64,000 nucleotides of DNA, taken from assembly GCA_044344255.1 (NCBI GenBank), contig JBIJDH010000021.1, positions 1 through 64,000 of the forward strand, written 5' to 3'. Each line of letters begins with the position of its first letter. The stretch's first letter is position 1. Positions 39,684 through 48,627 of the stretch are shown piece after piece. Both the position numbers and the translations under genes were made by a program. Under the pieces are notes generated by a model. The model saw only the letters and a list, made by a program, of their open reading frames with translations. It made no database searches and was not told where the DNA came from. This DNA comes from Myxococcota bacterium. Its GTDB lineage: Bacteria; Myxococcota_A; UBA796; UBA2385.

Positions 39684-39932
39684 TCCAGCTCAGGGCGCCA
39701 GGCTGACCTCCACCCGCGCGCCCGCCGATCCGCCCAACAACGCGCGGTCGGAGAGGGGGGTGGCCGCCGCCGCGGGCTGCACGAAGCTGCCGGCGATGGT
39801 GGCGCGGGTGCGGAAGTAGAGGTCGTAGGTGCCCTTGGGGAGGAGCTCGACGGCGTAAGAGACGGCGTCGTCGCGGCTGTCGATCGAGGTGGCGGGGCGG
39901 CTGTCCTGGCCGGTCGGCTTCGACTCGGGCGG
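39684..39932 (-). pseudogene. Orphan diverged copy of the alpha-2-macroglobulin 3' end (42820-43068)
   Basis: KPTGQDSR...YAVELLPKGTYDLYFRTRATIAGSFVQP...stop; offset 3136 bp. Confidence 0.92.
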
Positions 39933-40083
39933 CGATCGGGCGGCGATCGGCGGGGCCCTCCAGGAATGGGGACCACGTGGGCCATTCGAAGTTCGCGCTC
40001 GTCTTCCTGTTGGTGTCAGGCGCGTGGGCTCCGGGCACACTGGATCGTGGAGCATGGTCGCGGATCTCCTCCGGAGTGGAGGG

Positions 40084-40389
40084 TCAGTCCAGGTGCGGCT
40101 CGCCCACGATGTTGTAGACTACCTCGCCCGTCGATCCGTCGGGTAAGGAGTATTGGAGCAGAATCGATCTGTCGTTCAACACCATTCGTGCTATGTTGAT
40201 TGGGTACTCACAGCACTCGTCCCTGTCTGTAAGGGTGTACTCTGCCTTCTCTGTGGGTGGTTCCTGATTGGTGCTTTCGTCTTCACAATAGTCGGTTCGT
40301 TTGCTGGGTCCACATTGACAGATAACGAAGAGCAATGGCGCGGTCAATGTGGATATGAGGCTCCGGGGGTCGGTTCGTAGGTAGTTCAT
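40084..40389 (-). CDS. Small low-GC Cys-containing hypothetical protein
   Basis: ATGA-coupled to the upstream gene; hydrophobic N-terminus. Confidence 0.6.
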   Translation of the reverse strand: MNYLRTDPRSLISTLTAPLLFVICQCGPSKRTDYCEDESTNQEPPTEKAEYTLTDRDECCEYPINIARMVLNDRSILLQYSLPDGSTGEVVYNIVGEPHLD

Positions 40390-40715
40390 CTGTCGTCCGG
40401 TTCCCGCTCGGCGGAGATGATCGTGTTTCCCTCTCCCCCGCCGAACTTCACATAGAATTCATCGTCAAGAAGGGAGACAAAGGAGATCAAGTCCCAATGG
40501 TTGTAGGAAATCATGGTCGGGTTTGACGTCCAGTAAAGTCGGTGAGACTCCGGAGAGACGGGGCCGATCTCAAGGTCCCAACTCCATGTTGGGCAGGTTG
40601 TTGATGGGGAATAGGCCTCGCTGGTGTGATTGAGAATGGTGTGTGCGGCGAGCGTCACGGCAATCCCAATTGACAGAGACCAGAGCGGTTCAAAAGTCCT
40701 GCGGTGATTGGTCAT
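40386..40715 (-). CDS. Small low-GC secreted hypothetical protein
   Basis: ATG directly abuts the upstream TGA; signal-like N-terminus. Confidence 0.65.
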   Translation of the reverse strand: MTNHRRTFEPLWSLSIGIAVTLAAHTILNHTSEAYSPSTTCPTWSWDLEIGPVSPESHRLYWTSNPTMISYNHWDLISFVSLLDDEFYVKFGGGEGNTIISAEREPDDR

Positions 40716-41618
40716 TCACTCCGAAGCCCCAATGCTGCAGTCGGATTTACACTTGGAGGATTCCGCCATCTTCCATGAGTTTGGACTATTTTTGAAGTAG
40801 AGCAGATCGAGGTCATCGAACGAGGAATCTTTGAAGCAATTTGAGTTCTGAATTACTGAATATCGTTTGGTCAGGATCCACAGCATTGTCTGCTGGAGGA
40901 GATACGACTCCACGCAGTCCCCCTCAATCCACCCCGCGATGACCTCCGCCACGCCCGCGATGATGTCGGTGTCCGGGCCGCCACCACCCCCATAACCGCT
41001 GTGGTCCGCCTCCCACTCTTCGCGGTGGGCCTCGGCCCAGTCAAAGATTCCCTCGGAAAAGTCATAGGCGGAGTGACCACATGCGTGGGAGTACTCGTGG
41101 GCGAGGGTGGCTGCGAGCCCGGCCGCGATGGCGAGGCGATTCGTCGCTGCGAGGTCGCTCTCGCATGTACCTTCCTCCGCCGGAGGCTGGTTGTTCCTCC
41201 ACCCTTGAAGGCGATCTCTCCATCCGCCGTTATTGGTGCAAACGGTGATGTGCTTCTTCGGCCATTGGAGGCCCTTGAAGCCGACGCCGGGTGTACACTC
41301 GTCGGAGAACACCATTCGGGGGTGTTCATCGAGGAACAGGATGTCCAGGAGACAGGGGTCTACCCACCCGCTGGTCATGCACAGGGCCCACTCCACCAGC
41401 GCCTTGTTGGACTTCAACAGGGCCATGGCTGTCGCCAGCATGGTTCGACCGTCCTCGTCGGCGAGCTCGTCTGGGTCAATGAAGTCGGTGTCGGCGTCGC
41501 TGTCGGCCTCTTCCCCGCTCGGCGCGACCCCGCTGTCCCGCGTGGGCCCCGGCTCGCCTGCGACGCCGCCCACACGGCCCGTTTGGCAGGACAGCAGGAT
41601 CAAGAGGAGGGCGGTCAT
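40716..41618 (-). CDS. Chimeric lipoprotein: CotH-type signal/linker fused to a Cys-rich HExxH zincin-like domain
   Basis: MTALLLILLSC lipobox homologous to the CotH gene start; ATLAHEYSHACGH; GC drops after the junction near 41485. Confidence 0.75.
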   Translation of the reverse strand: MTALLLILLSCQTGRVGGVAGEPGPTRDSGVAPSGEEADSDADTDFIDPDELADEDGRTMLATAMALLKSNKALVEWALCMTSGWVDPCLLDILFLDEHPRMVFSDECTPGVGFKGLQWPKKHITVCTNNGGWRDRLQGWRNNQPPAEEGTCESDLAATNRLAIAAGLAATLAHEYSHACGHSAYDFSEGIFDWAEAHREEWEADHSGYGGGGGPDTDIIAGVAEVIAGWIEGDCVESYLLQQTMLWILTKRYSVIQNSNCFKDSSFDDLDLLYFKNSPNSWKMAESSKCKSDCSIGASE

Positions 41619-41750
41619 TCGAGGTCCGGGGGCGGCGGGGCGCATGACGCGGTCGGCCGAGGCCGTGAGGACAGTACACCCGGCCGCGACCCGGCCGCAA
41701 CCGTGGTGCCGCCCGCGGTGGCCCAGCACTCCGGCGCCGCATGCAGGGGG

Positions 41751-42683
41751 TCACTCACACCAACGGGTGACGATCATCGCCTCTCCGATCGAGCAGGGCC
41801 TACCGACGGCGCAGACCCCCTCCCCGATCTCATCGTCGGAGAGATAGTCGGGATCGAATAGAGCGATCTTCCAGTCTACGTGGGTCTCGGGGCGACTGTG
41901 AATTGTGCGGCTGCGGACATCGGTTGGATCGAGGCGTGCACGCTCCACGGCCAGGGCGTCCAGCTCTTGGGTCGGAGTCATCACCGCGTCCGCCTCCAGG
42001 AGCCGCAGCCACAGGGCCCCATCGGCGCTGGAGGATGTCCCGCGCAGCGTGCCGGTGAGGCTGTCGCTGGACCCTCCGCTCACCTGGTCCTGGACGATCA
42101 CCCGGAGGTCGGGGAGGCTGTCGGGATCCCAAGCGCTGCCGTCTGATTGTCGCTCCGGGACCTCGACCTGTCCGCAGACCTGTCGAGACACCTCCACCTT
42201 CACGGAGGCGACGATCCCGACCGCCTCCTCGGTGAGGGTGGCCGAGCCCGCGCCCACGGCCTTGGCCTGGCCCTCCTCGGTGATTTGCAACACCCGAGGG
42301 TCAGAGCTGGTCATCGTGAATGGAAAGCCGTCGATCCAGTCGCCCCTCCCGTTCTGTGCCCGGATCAACATGCCATTCCGGGTCTCGCCAAAGCGCAGGC
42401 GCACCGGCTCCTCTCGGGGTCGAACGATCTGGAGCAGCAGACAGCGGGAGGTGACCCGTTGGGCGAGGTCACCCGCGCGAATCACCACGCCCACGCTGCC
42501 CGACGCTCCGCAGGTGATCCGACCTTCGGCGTCGACGTTCGCAGCCTCCCCCACCTCCTCCTCGTACTCATAGAGAAAGGCTGCGTCGGTGACCCGACCC
42601 CCGCGGGAGTCGATGACCCAGGCCCCGATGTCATGGGGGCCTTCGCCGTACAGGAGCGGGGGCAGCGCGCTCCCGATGCCCAC
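41751..42683 (-). CDS. Ig-like (Big_2) plus C2-like domain protein; upstream lipobox lacks a start codon
   Basis: SSDPRVLQITEEGQAKAVGAGSATLT; DGSAWD...PD; DPDYLSDDEIG; in-frame upstream LVLLLSAC with no ATG/GTG/TTG. Confidence 0.65.
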   Translation of the reverse strand: MGIGSALPPLLYGEGPHDIGAWVIDSRGGRVTDAAFLYEYEEEVGEAANVDAEGRITCGASGSVGVVIRAGDLAQRVTSRCLLLQIVRPREEPVRLRFGETRNGMLIRAQNGRGDWIDGFPFTMTSSDPRVLQITEEGQAKAVGAGSATLTEEAVGIVASVKVEVSRQVCGQVEVPERQSDGSAWDPDSLPDLRVIVQDQVSGGSSDSLTGTLRGTSSSADGALWLRLLEADAVMTPTQELDALAVERARLDPTDVRSRTIHSRPETHVDWKIALFDPDYLSDDEIGEGVCAVGRPCSIGEAMIVTRWCE

Positions 42684-42825
42684 CGGGTGGGGCTTGGGCT
42701 CGCAGGCGGAGAGCAGGAGGACGAGCGCGGCTCCGTGGCCGTCGGACCTTCGATGCGGTGGGGGCGGGCCCCTGGAGCCACTGGAGGTCGTTGATTGGGA
42801 GATCGTTGAATGAACGGGATCCAGC

Positions 42826-45800
42826 TCAGGGCGCAGGGCTGATCTCCACCCGCGCGCCGACTGATCCGCCCACCAACGCGCGGTCGGAGAGGGTGGTGGC
42901 CGTCGCCGCGGGCTGCACGAAGCTCCCGGCGATGGTGGCGCGGGTGCGGAAGTAGAGGTCGTAGGTGCCCTTGGGGAGGAGCTCGAAGGCGTAGGAGACG
43001 GCGTCGTCGCGGCTGTCGATCCAGGTGGCGGCGCGGCTGTCCTGGCCGGTGGGCTTCGCCTCGGGCGGGGCGGTGGCGAGGCGGGGGTTGAGCGGCTCGA
43101 GGCCGGCGGCCAGGGGCACGGTGACGGTGACGTAGGCGCGGTCGGTCGGGTTGACGAGCTGGATGTGCTCCTCGATGACGTCGCCCACCCGCAGCTTCAC
43201 GGTGGCCCCGGGGGCGGCGAGCGGGAGGCGGTCGGCGGGGCCCTGGGGGTTGATCTTCGAGAGCGCGCGGCTGAGCACGAAGCCGTCGGTGCGGGCGGCG
43301 ACGGTGGATCCGTCGGCCTCGGGGAGGTAGCGGGTGTCGACCCGCAGCACGGCGCTCTTCCCGGCGGTGAGCGCGACGGAGAGGGCGCCGGGATCGGCGG
43401 GCCCCTTGGCGATCGCGCCGGAGGCGGGCAGGGGCTTGCCGTTGACGGAGAGGGCGAAGCCGCCCGGCTTCGCGGTGCCGAGGCGCTCCACGAGGGCGAA
43501 GATGGCGGCGGCGTCGGCGTCGGCGCTGCCCCAGCCCCCGGCGCGGCCGCGGGTGATCAGGGCGGGGCCGAGGAGCTCGAGCAGGGGGTCGGTGGGGTTG
43601 ACGCGGGCGAGGGCGCGGCTGATGTCGGCCATCGTGCGGGCCTCGTCGGGACGGATGAGGGGGCTGCGCGCCCGCTCGCCCTGGAGGCCGCCGTAGACCG
43701 CCTTGCCGCCCTGCTGGCGCACGACCACGGCCTGGCCGAGGAGGGTCGCGAGGCGCTCGACGGTGGGGCGGTCGCCCCCCTGGGTGCCGGCGAGCACGAT
43801 GGCGGCGAGGCCGTCGGGCTGAGAGACCAGGGCGGTGCGGCTGAGCTCGGCGAAGCCGGCGCGGTCGAGCGCCCCGGCCGAGGCGAGGGCGAGCAAGGCG
43901 CGGGAGCGCTCGGTGGTGGCCTCGCCGTCGACGAAGCGGCTGTAGTCGGAGCGCAGGGCCTTCTCGAGGGTGGCCCGGAGGCGCTTCTGGTAGGCCTCGT
44001 CGATGGGGAGGCCGGCGGCGGCGGCGGCGGTGAGGAGCTCGAAGGCCTCGGCGGTGAGGCTGACCCGGCCCTTGCCGCCCGGCCACTCGGAGAGGAGGCC
44101 GTCGCCGTCGGTGACGTCGGGGAGGGCGGCGAGGGTCGCCTTCACGAGGGCGGCGGTCTCGGCGGCGGAGCCCCCGAGGGCCACCTGGAGCTGCCCCATC
44201 GCGAGGGCGGCCCGGGCTCGGTCGAGGCGGGCCCCGGTGGAGGTGGCCGGCCGCTCGGAGAGGGTGTCGAGGGCGGTGGCGAGCAGCAGGGGCTCGGGGC
44301 GGTCACTCGCCAGCAGGCTGCGGGAGAGCGTGCCGGGGCGGGCCTTGCCGGCGGGGGCGGGGACGGTGGTGGGGCTGCCGGCGACGAGGTCGTAGAGGAC
44401 CCGCTCGATGACGGGGTCGCGGTCGGCCCGGAGGGGCAGGTCTACGGAGATGGCGTCCCCGGCGCCGTCGGCGGTGCGCTTGAGCTGGAGCTCGAGGCGG
44501 ACGTGGTCTTGGGCGGGCTTGCCGTCGGGGGTCCAGCCGGGGCTCTGCACCGTGAGGGGGAAGCCGACCCGGGTGGCGGGGCCGGGCTGCAGCGTCAGGC
44601 TCTGCCGCGCCGGGCCCGCGAGCGTGACACCCTGGCCCGAGAAGCTGGCCGAGCCCGCGCCCCCGGCGCCCTCGACGACGCGGGCCAGGGCGCCGGCGTC
44701 GAAGCGGTCGCCGGCGCGCACGAAGCGGGGGAGCACGGGGGTGACGACGACCGGCAGGCGCACGTCGAGCTCGCCGGTGCCGGCGCCGAAGCGGTCGGGC
44801 CCGGCGGCCACCTTGGCCCGGAGCTTGAAGGTGGTGAGGTTGTCGGGGAGCTTCACCATCACGCGGGCCTTGCCGTCGGCGCCCACCGCGATCGAGGGCT
44901 CGTAGAAGGGCACCGACTTGAAGTCGCGCCGCACCGTGGGGCGGCCGGCGTCGCCGTCCTCCTTCTCGCCCTCGTCACCGCCGGGGAGCTCGGCGAAGGG
45001 GATGCGCCCGAAGAGGCCGTTCCGCGTGTCGTGGAGGCCGAAGCGGGACTCGACGGCGGTGATGTAGTCGGGCACCGGGTCGAGGCGCTGCTCCTTGCCG
45101 AGGGCCAGGACCGCGGCGTCGACCAGCCAGAGGGTGGCCTCTCCGGCGCGGGGCTTGCCGGCGGCGTCGGTGACCTTGAGGGTGACCGCGATGGTCTCGC
45201 CGGGGCGGGCCTTGGCGGGGTTCTCGATGGTCACCTTGACCTGGTTCGAGACCGGGTTCACGGCGAGCCAGACCGTGGAGGCGAGGGTGGTCGGCTTGCC
45301 GAGGTCGGCCTGCTGGTGGGCCTCGGCGTCGACGCGGCCGCGGAGAAGGATCACGTGGACGGGGATGCGCGGGGTCCAGGTGCCCTCGATCGGCAGCTTG
45401 AGGACGGCCTTGCCGCCCCGCACGGCCAGGGACTCGTAGCGGAGGCCGTCCGGCGTCTCGATGGCCACCAGGGCCTCCGCCTGCTGGAAGGGGCTCTGGA
45501 GCACGATCGAGGCGGTCTGGCCGGGGTCGTAGGCCTTGGCATCGGGAGACAGCGTGAAGACGCCCGCCTTCGGCTTGTCCCAGGAGACGGGCTCGTCGCC
45601 GCCGACGTAGAGGTCGATCGACACGACCTGCGCGCGGCCGAGCCGGTCGCGGCTCTCGAGCTCGACCACGTAGACGCCGGCCCCGGGGACGGGGAGGCTC
45701 AAGTGGGTGGGCTCCTTGCCGCTCGTGAGCGTCTGCTCGGACAGGGGGACGTCGACCACGTCGGTGATGTAGCGGGGGCCGGCGCTCGAGAGGTCGGAGC

Positions 45801-48627
45801 TCTGGAGGCGGGAGTGCCACTGGCGGTGGGTGACCCGCAGCGTGACGACCTGACCGGCGAGGAGCTCACCCGAGGCGCGGCTCACGAGCAGGTCGACGGG
45901 GATCTGCCGGCCGCGCTCGATGAAGCGGGGCACCTTGAGGCCGAGCACGAAGGGGGGGAGCGCCGTCAGCCGCTTGACGGTGGTGACGGTCTGGTCATCT
46001 TCACCGGTGACGGTGGCCTCGACCACGTAGCTGCGCGGCGCGGCGTCGGGCTCGACGGTGGGGTCGAGCACGAGGGTGGCGGCGCCGGTGGGGTCGGTGC
46101 TGCCGAGGGTCTCGTAGAGGGGGGTGGCCTCGAAGCGGCGCCCGCCGGAGTAGCGGCCGTCGGAGGAGTAGAAGTAGCCGGGGAGGGCGCGGGGTGACCA
46201 GGTGGCGGGCAGCTCGGTCACCCGCCAGCGCACCGGCCGCCCGGCCACGGGGCCGCCCGCGTAGTAGCTCGAGCCCAGGCTGAGGGTGAAGGGGGCGTCG
46301 AGGGCGGGCTGATCGGGGGCCGCGAGCCGCACCTCGAAGGTGGGGATGCGGTAGGCGTCGAGCGTGAAGGGCACCGTGCAGAGGCTCCGGCCGGCCTCGT
46401 CTCGCCAGGAGGCGGTGTAGGTGCCGCTCGGCAGCTTCTGCTCCGCCCAGGCCTTGTAGAAGCCGCCGGTGGCGCTGGTCGTGAGCGGGTAGCGCCACTC
46501 GAGCTTGCCGGGGCCCTTCACGAAGAGGGAGCCCGCGGCTTCGAGGGGGCTGAGGCGCCCCTTGTCCCGGCTGCGCAGCCAGCCGCGGAGGTGGACGGCC
46601 TCTTCGGGGCGGTAGACGGGGCGCTCGGAGAAGATGTGGCAGAGGGTGGCGGCGCTCGGCTGGCGGGGGCTGAGGTCGCGGAGGGACCAGTCGAGCCAGG
46701 TCTGACCGTCCTCCCCCCAGCGCCCGTTGATGAAGGCGGGGGGCGGGCTCTCGGCCTGGAGGGCCAGGACGTCGTCGCCGCTCCGGACGACGATGCGGCG
46801 GGGCCGCGCGCTGTCCGGGCGCTCGCCGGGCGCCTTCCAGGTGAAGGTGCCGTCGCTGCCGGTCGTGCCCTCGCCGAGGGTGGGGATGTTGCCGCTGTCG
46901 TCTATGTCCCCGCCCTGTACGGCCACGCGGGCACCGGAGACCGGCTTGCCCGTGGAGAGCGAGGTGACGAGGAAGCGCACCCGGTCGGCCTCCTCGAAGG
47001 TGGTGAGCGCGAGGTCGGTGACGGTGAGCCGCATCCAGTGGCGGACGCTGCCGCCGTCGAGGGCGCGCACCCCGACGAGCCAGGTGCCGGGCCGGCCGTC
47101 GCCGCCGGCCGTGCGGAGGTAGGGGGCGAGGTCGAGGCCGAAGGTGGCGCCGGCGCCGCTGCGCGCAGTGGGGAGCGGGGCCAGGACCGAGAGGGCGGGG
47201 CTGCCGAGGCGCTGGAGCTGGGCGCGGATGGCCCAGCGGTCGATGTCGTAGGAGTCCGTCCAGGGCGGGGTCTCCTCGCCGGGGCCCGGGGGTCGGAGGC
47301 TCTCGTCGGTGGTGATGGGCTCGTTGGCGAAGGGCCAGAAGCTGCGATCGAGGGGATCGATTCGATAGAGGCGAAGGTCTACCCGGTCCTGGCCGCGGCC
47401 CTCCATCGGGATGGTCTGCGGGCCGAGCCGCTCGACCACGCCCTGCCCGGCGGTGAGGCGCACGAAGGGGACCCCAGCGGTGAAGCTGAGGTAGACCGTG
47501 CTCTCTCCGCGGTTCTCGAGCCGATGCCCACGGCTGTCCTGGATGGGCGAGGGCGACAGGGTGACGGCGTAGAGGGTGTCGTGCTGAAAGTCGCCGGTCA
47601 CGGTGAGCTGGCTGCCGCTCATGCCGAAGGCGAGGCCCTCGACCGTGGGGGAGAAGCGGAGGAGGTTGCGGGCCGCCACGTCGCTCAGGAAGCCGGGATC
47701 GCCGGCGAAGCGGAGGCTCACGGCGCGGGAGCCACACTGGAGCGCCTGCTCCTTGCTGTAGGCCGCGCCGTCGAGGGTGACGGGCAGGGTAGCGCCGCCG
47801 CCGCAGCCGAGGGTGAGGGCGCGGAAGGGCTCGGCGGTGGAGAAGGAGAAGGCCCCGGCGCCGAACTCGGCCTCATCCAGGGAGAGCCGGAGGTGCACGA
47901 CGACGAGGCGGGCCTCGGGGATGGGGCTGTCGAGGTCGATGGCGTAGGTGAAGGTGGACGGCGGAGGGGCGGCCTCGGTCGAACCTTCGCCCTCCTCACC
48001 TTCACCTTCGCCCTCGCCGCCTTCATCGGAGCTGGCGGCGTCCATGGAGAGCCCCTCCAGCTTCTTGACCGTGAAGTCGTCGCGGTCTCGCCACAGCACA
48101 CCCTCTTCGCCGATCCCGGGGAGGGGCCGGAGCTCGAGGCGCACCATGTCGGCGAGGGCCCGGGGATCGACCTCTACGGGGAAGCTGAGGCGGAGGGAGG
48201 AGACCTGGGCGAGGCCCGTGCTGCCGGCAGCGGGCTGGGTGGCGACCGGGGGGACGAGCAGGGTGGCGAGGGCCACGCGCCCGCCGTCGGCCTCGATGAC
48301 GAAGCGCTGGAGCGGCGGCCAGGCCACGGCGGGGGCGAATTGGAGGGTGCGGCCGTCCACCCAGGTCCAGGCGCCGGGCTGCGCGGGGGAGAGGCGCACG
48401 AAGCGCTCGGGGCGGTCTTCGGGGCCGCCCTCCGCCGGGCCGGGGGCGCCCTGGAAGAAGACGGTGATGGGGTCCCAGGGGCGGAGGAAGTGGTCGGGCA
48501 CCACGACCGTCCCCGACCCTGCGAAGGGGCGCTGGAGCAGCGTGAGCACCCTGTCGGGGCCGGCGGTTGCCACCCCGAGGGCGAGGAGCGCGAGCAGCAG
48601 CAGGAGCCAGCGGGCGGACCGGTTCAC
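42826..48627 (-). CDS. Bacterial alpha-2-macroglobulin-family protein without thioester motif
   Basis: 1933 aa; VTDLALT, ERPVYRPEEAVH, YRIPTFEV, LWLVDAAVL, VRRDF, LPDNLTTF, LPRFVRAGD, PLAAGLEP; no CxEQ. Confidence 0.92.
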   Translation of the reverse strand: MNRSARWLLLLLALLALGVATAGPDRVLTLLQRPFAGSGTVVVPDHFLRPWDPITVFFQGAPGPAEGGPEDRPERFVRLSPAQPGAWTWVDGRTLQFAPAVAWPPLQRFVIEADGGRVALATLLVPPVATQPAAGSTGLAQVSSLRLSFPVEVDPRALADMVRLELRPLPGIGEEGVLWRDRDDFTVKKLEGLSMDAASSDEGGEGEGEGEEGEGSTEAAPPPSTFTYAIDLDSPIPEARLVVVHLRLSLDEAEFGAGAFSFSTAEPFRALTLGCGGGATLPVTLDGAAYSKEQALQCGSRAVSLRFAGDPGFLSDVAARNLLRFSPTVEGLAFGMSGSQLTVTGDFQHDTLYAVTLSPSPIQDSRGHRLENRGESTVYLSFTAGVPFVRLTAGQGVVERLGPQTIPMEGRGQDRVDLRLYRIDPLDRSFWPFANEPITTDESLRPPGPGEETPPWTDSYDIDRWAIRAQLQRLGSPALSVLAPLPTARSGAGATFGLDLAPYLRTAGGDGRPGTWLVGVRALDGGSVRHWMRLTVTDLALTTFEEADRVRFLVTSLSTGKPVSGARVAVQGGDIDDSGNIPTLGEGTTGSDGTFTWKAPGERPDSARPRRIVVRSGDDVLALQAESPPPAFINGRWGEDGQTWLDWSLRDLSPRQPSAATLCHIFSERPVYRPEEAVHLRGWLRSRDKGRLSPLEAAGSLFVKGPGKLEWRYPLTTSATGGFYKAWAEQKLPSGTYTASWRDEAGRSLCTVPFTLDAYRIPTFEVRLAAPDQPALDAPFTLSLGSSYYAGGPVAGRPVRWRVTELPATWSPRALPGYFYSSDGRYSGGRRFEATPLYETLGSTDPTGAATLVLDPTVEPDAAPRSYVVEATVTGEDDQTVTTVKRLTALPPFVLGLKVPRFIERGRQIPVDLLVSRASGELLAGQVVTLRVTHRQWHSRLQSSDLSSAGPRYITDVVDVPLSEQTLTSGKEPTHLSLPVPGAGVYVVELESRDRLGRAQVVSIDLYVGGDEPVSWDKPKAGVFTLSPDAKAYDPGQTASIVLQSPFQQAEALVAIETPDGLRYESLAVRGGKAVLKLPIEGTWTPRIPVHVILLRGRVDAEAHQQADLGKPTTLASTVWLAVNPVSNQVKVTIENPAKARPGETIAVTLKVTDAAGKPRAGEATLWLVDAAVLALGKEQRLDPVPDYITAVESRFGLHDTRNGLFGRIPFAELPGGDEGEKEDGDAGRPTVRRDFKSVPFYEPSIAVGADGKARVMVKLPDNLTTFKLRAKVAAGPDRFGAGTGELDVRLPVVVTPVLPRFVRAGDRFDAGALARVVEGAGGAGSASFSGQGVTLAGPARQSLTLQPGPATRVGFPLTVQSPGWTPDGKPAQDHVRLELQLKRTADGAGDAISVDLPLRADRDPVIERVLYDLVAGSPTTVPAPAGKARPGTLSRSLLASDRPEPLLLATALDTLSERPATSTGARLDRARAALAMGQLQVALGGSAAETAALVKATLAALPDVTDGDGLLSEWPGGKGRVSLTAEAFELLTAAAAAGLPIDEAYQKRLRATLEKALRSDYSRFVDGEATTERSRALLALASAGALDRAGFAELSRTALVSQPDGLAAIVLAGTQGGDRPTVERLATLLGQAVVVRQQGGKAVYGGLQGERARSPLIRPDEARTMADISRALARVNPTDPLLELLGPALITRGRAGGWGSADADAAAIFALVERLGTAKPGGFALSVNGKPLPASGAIAKGPADPGALSVALTAGKSAVLRVDTRYLPEADGSTVAARTDGFVLSRALSKINPQGPADRLPLAAPGATVKLRVGDVIEEHIQLVNPTDRAYVTVTVPLAAGLEPLNPRLATAPPEAKPTGQDSRAATWIDSRDDAVSYAFELLPKGTYDLYFRTRATIAGSFVQPAATATTLSDRALVGGSVGARVEISPAP

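Noticed and set aside
39423..43068. DGR template/variable repeat pairs
   Set aside because: Differences between copies are not adenine-specific, and no reverse transcriptase is present in the window.
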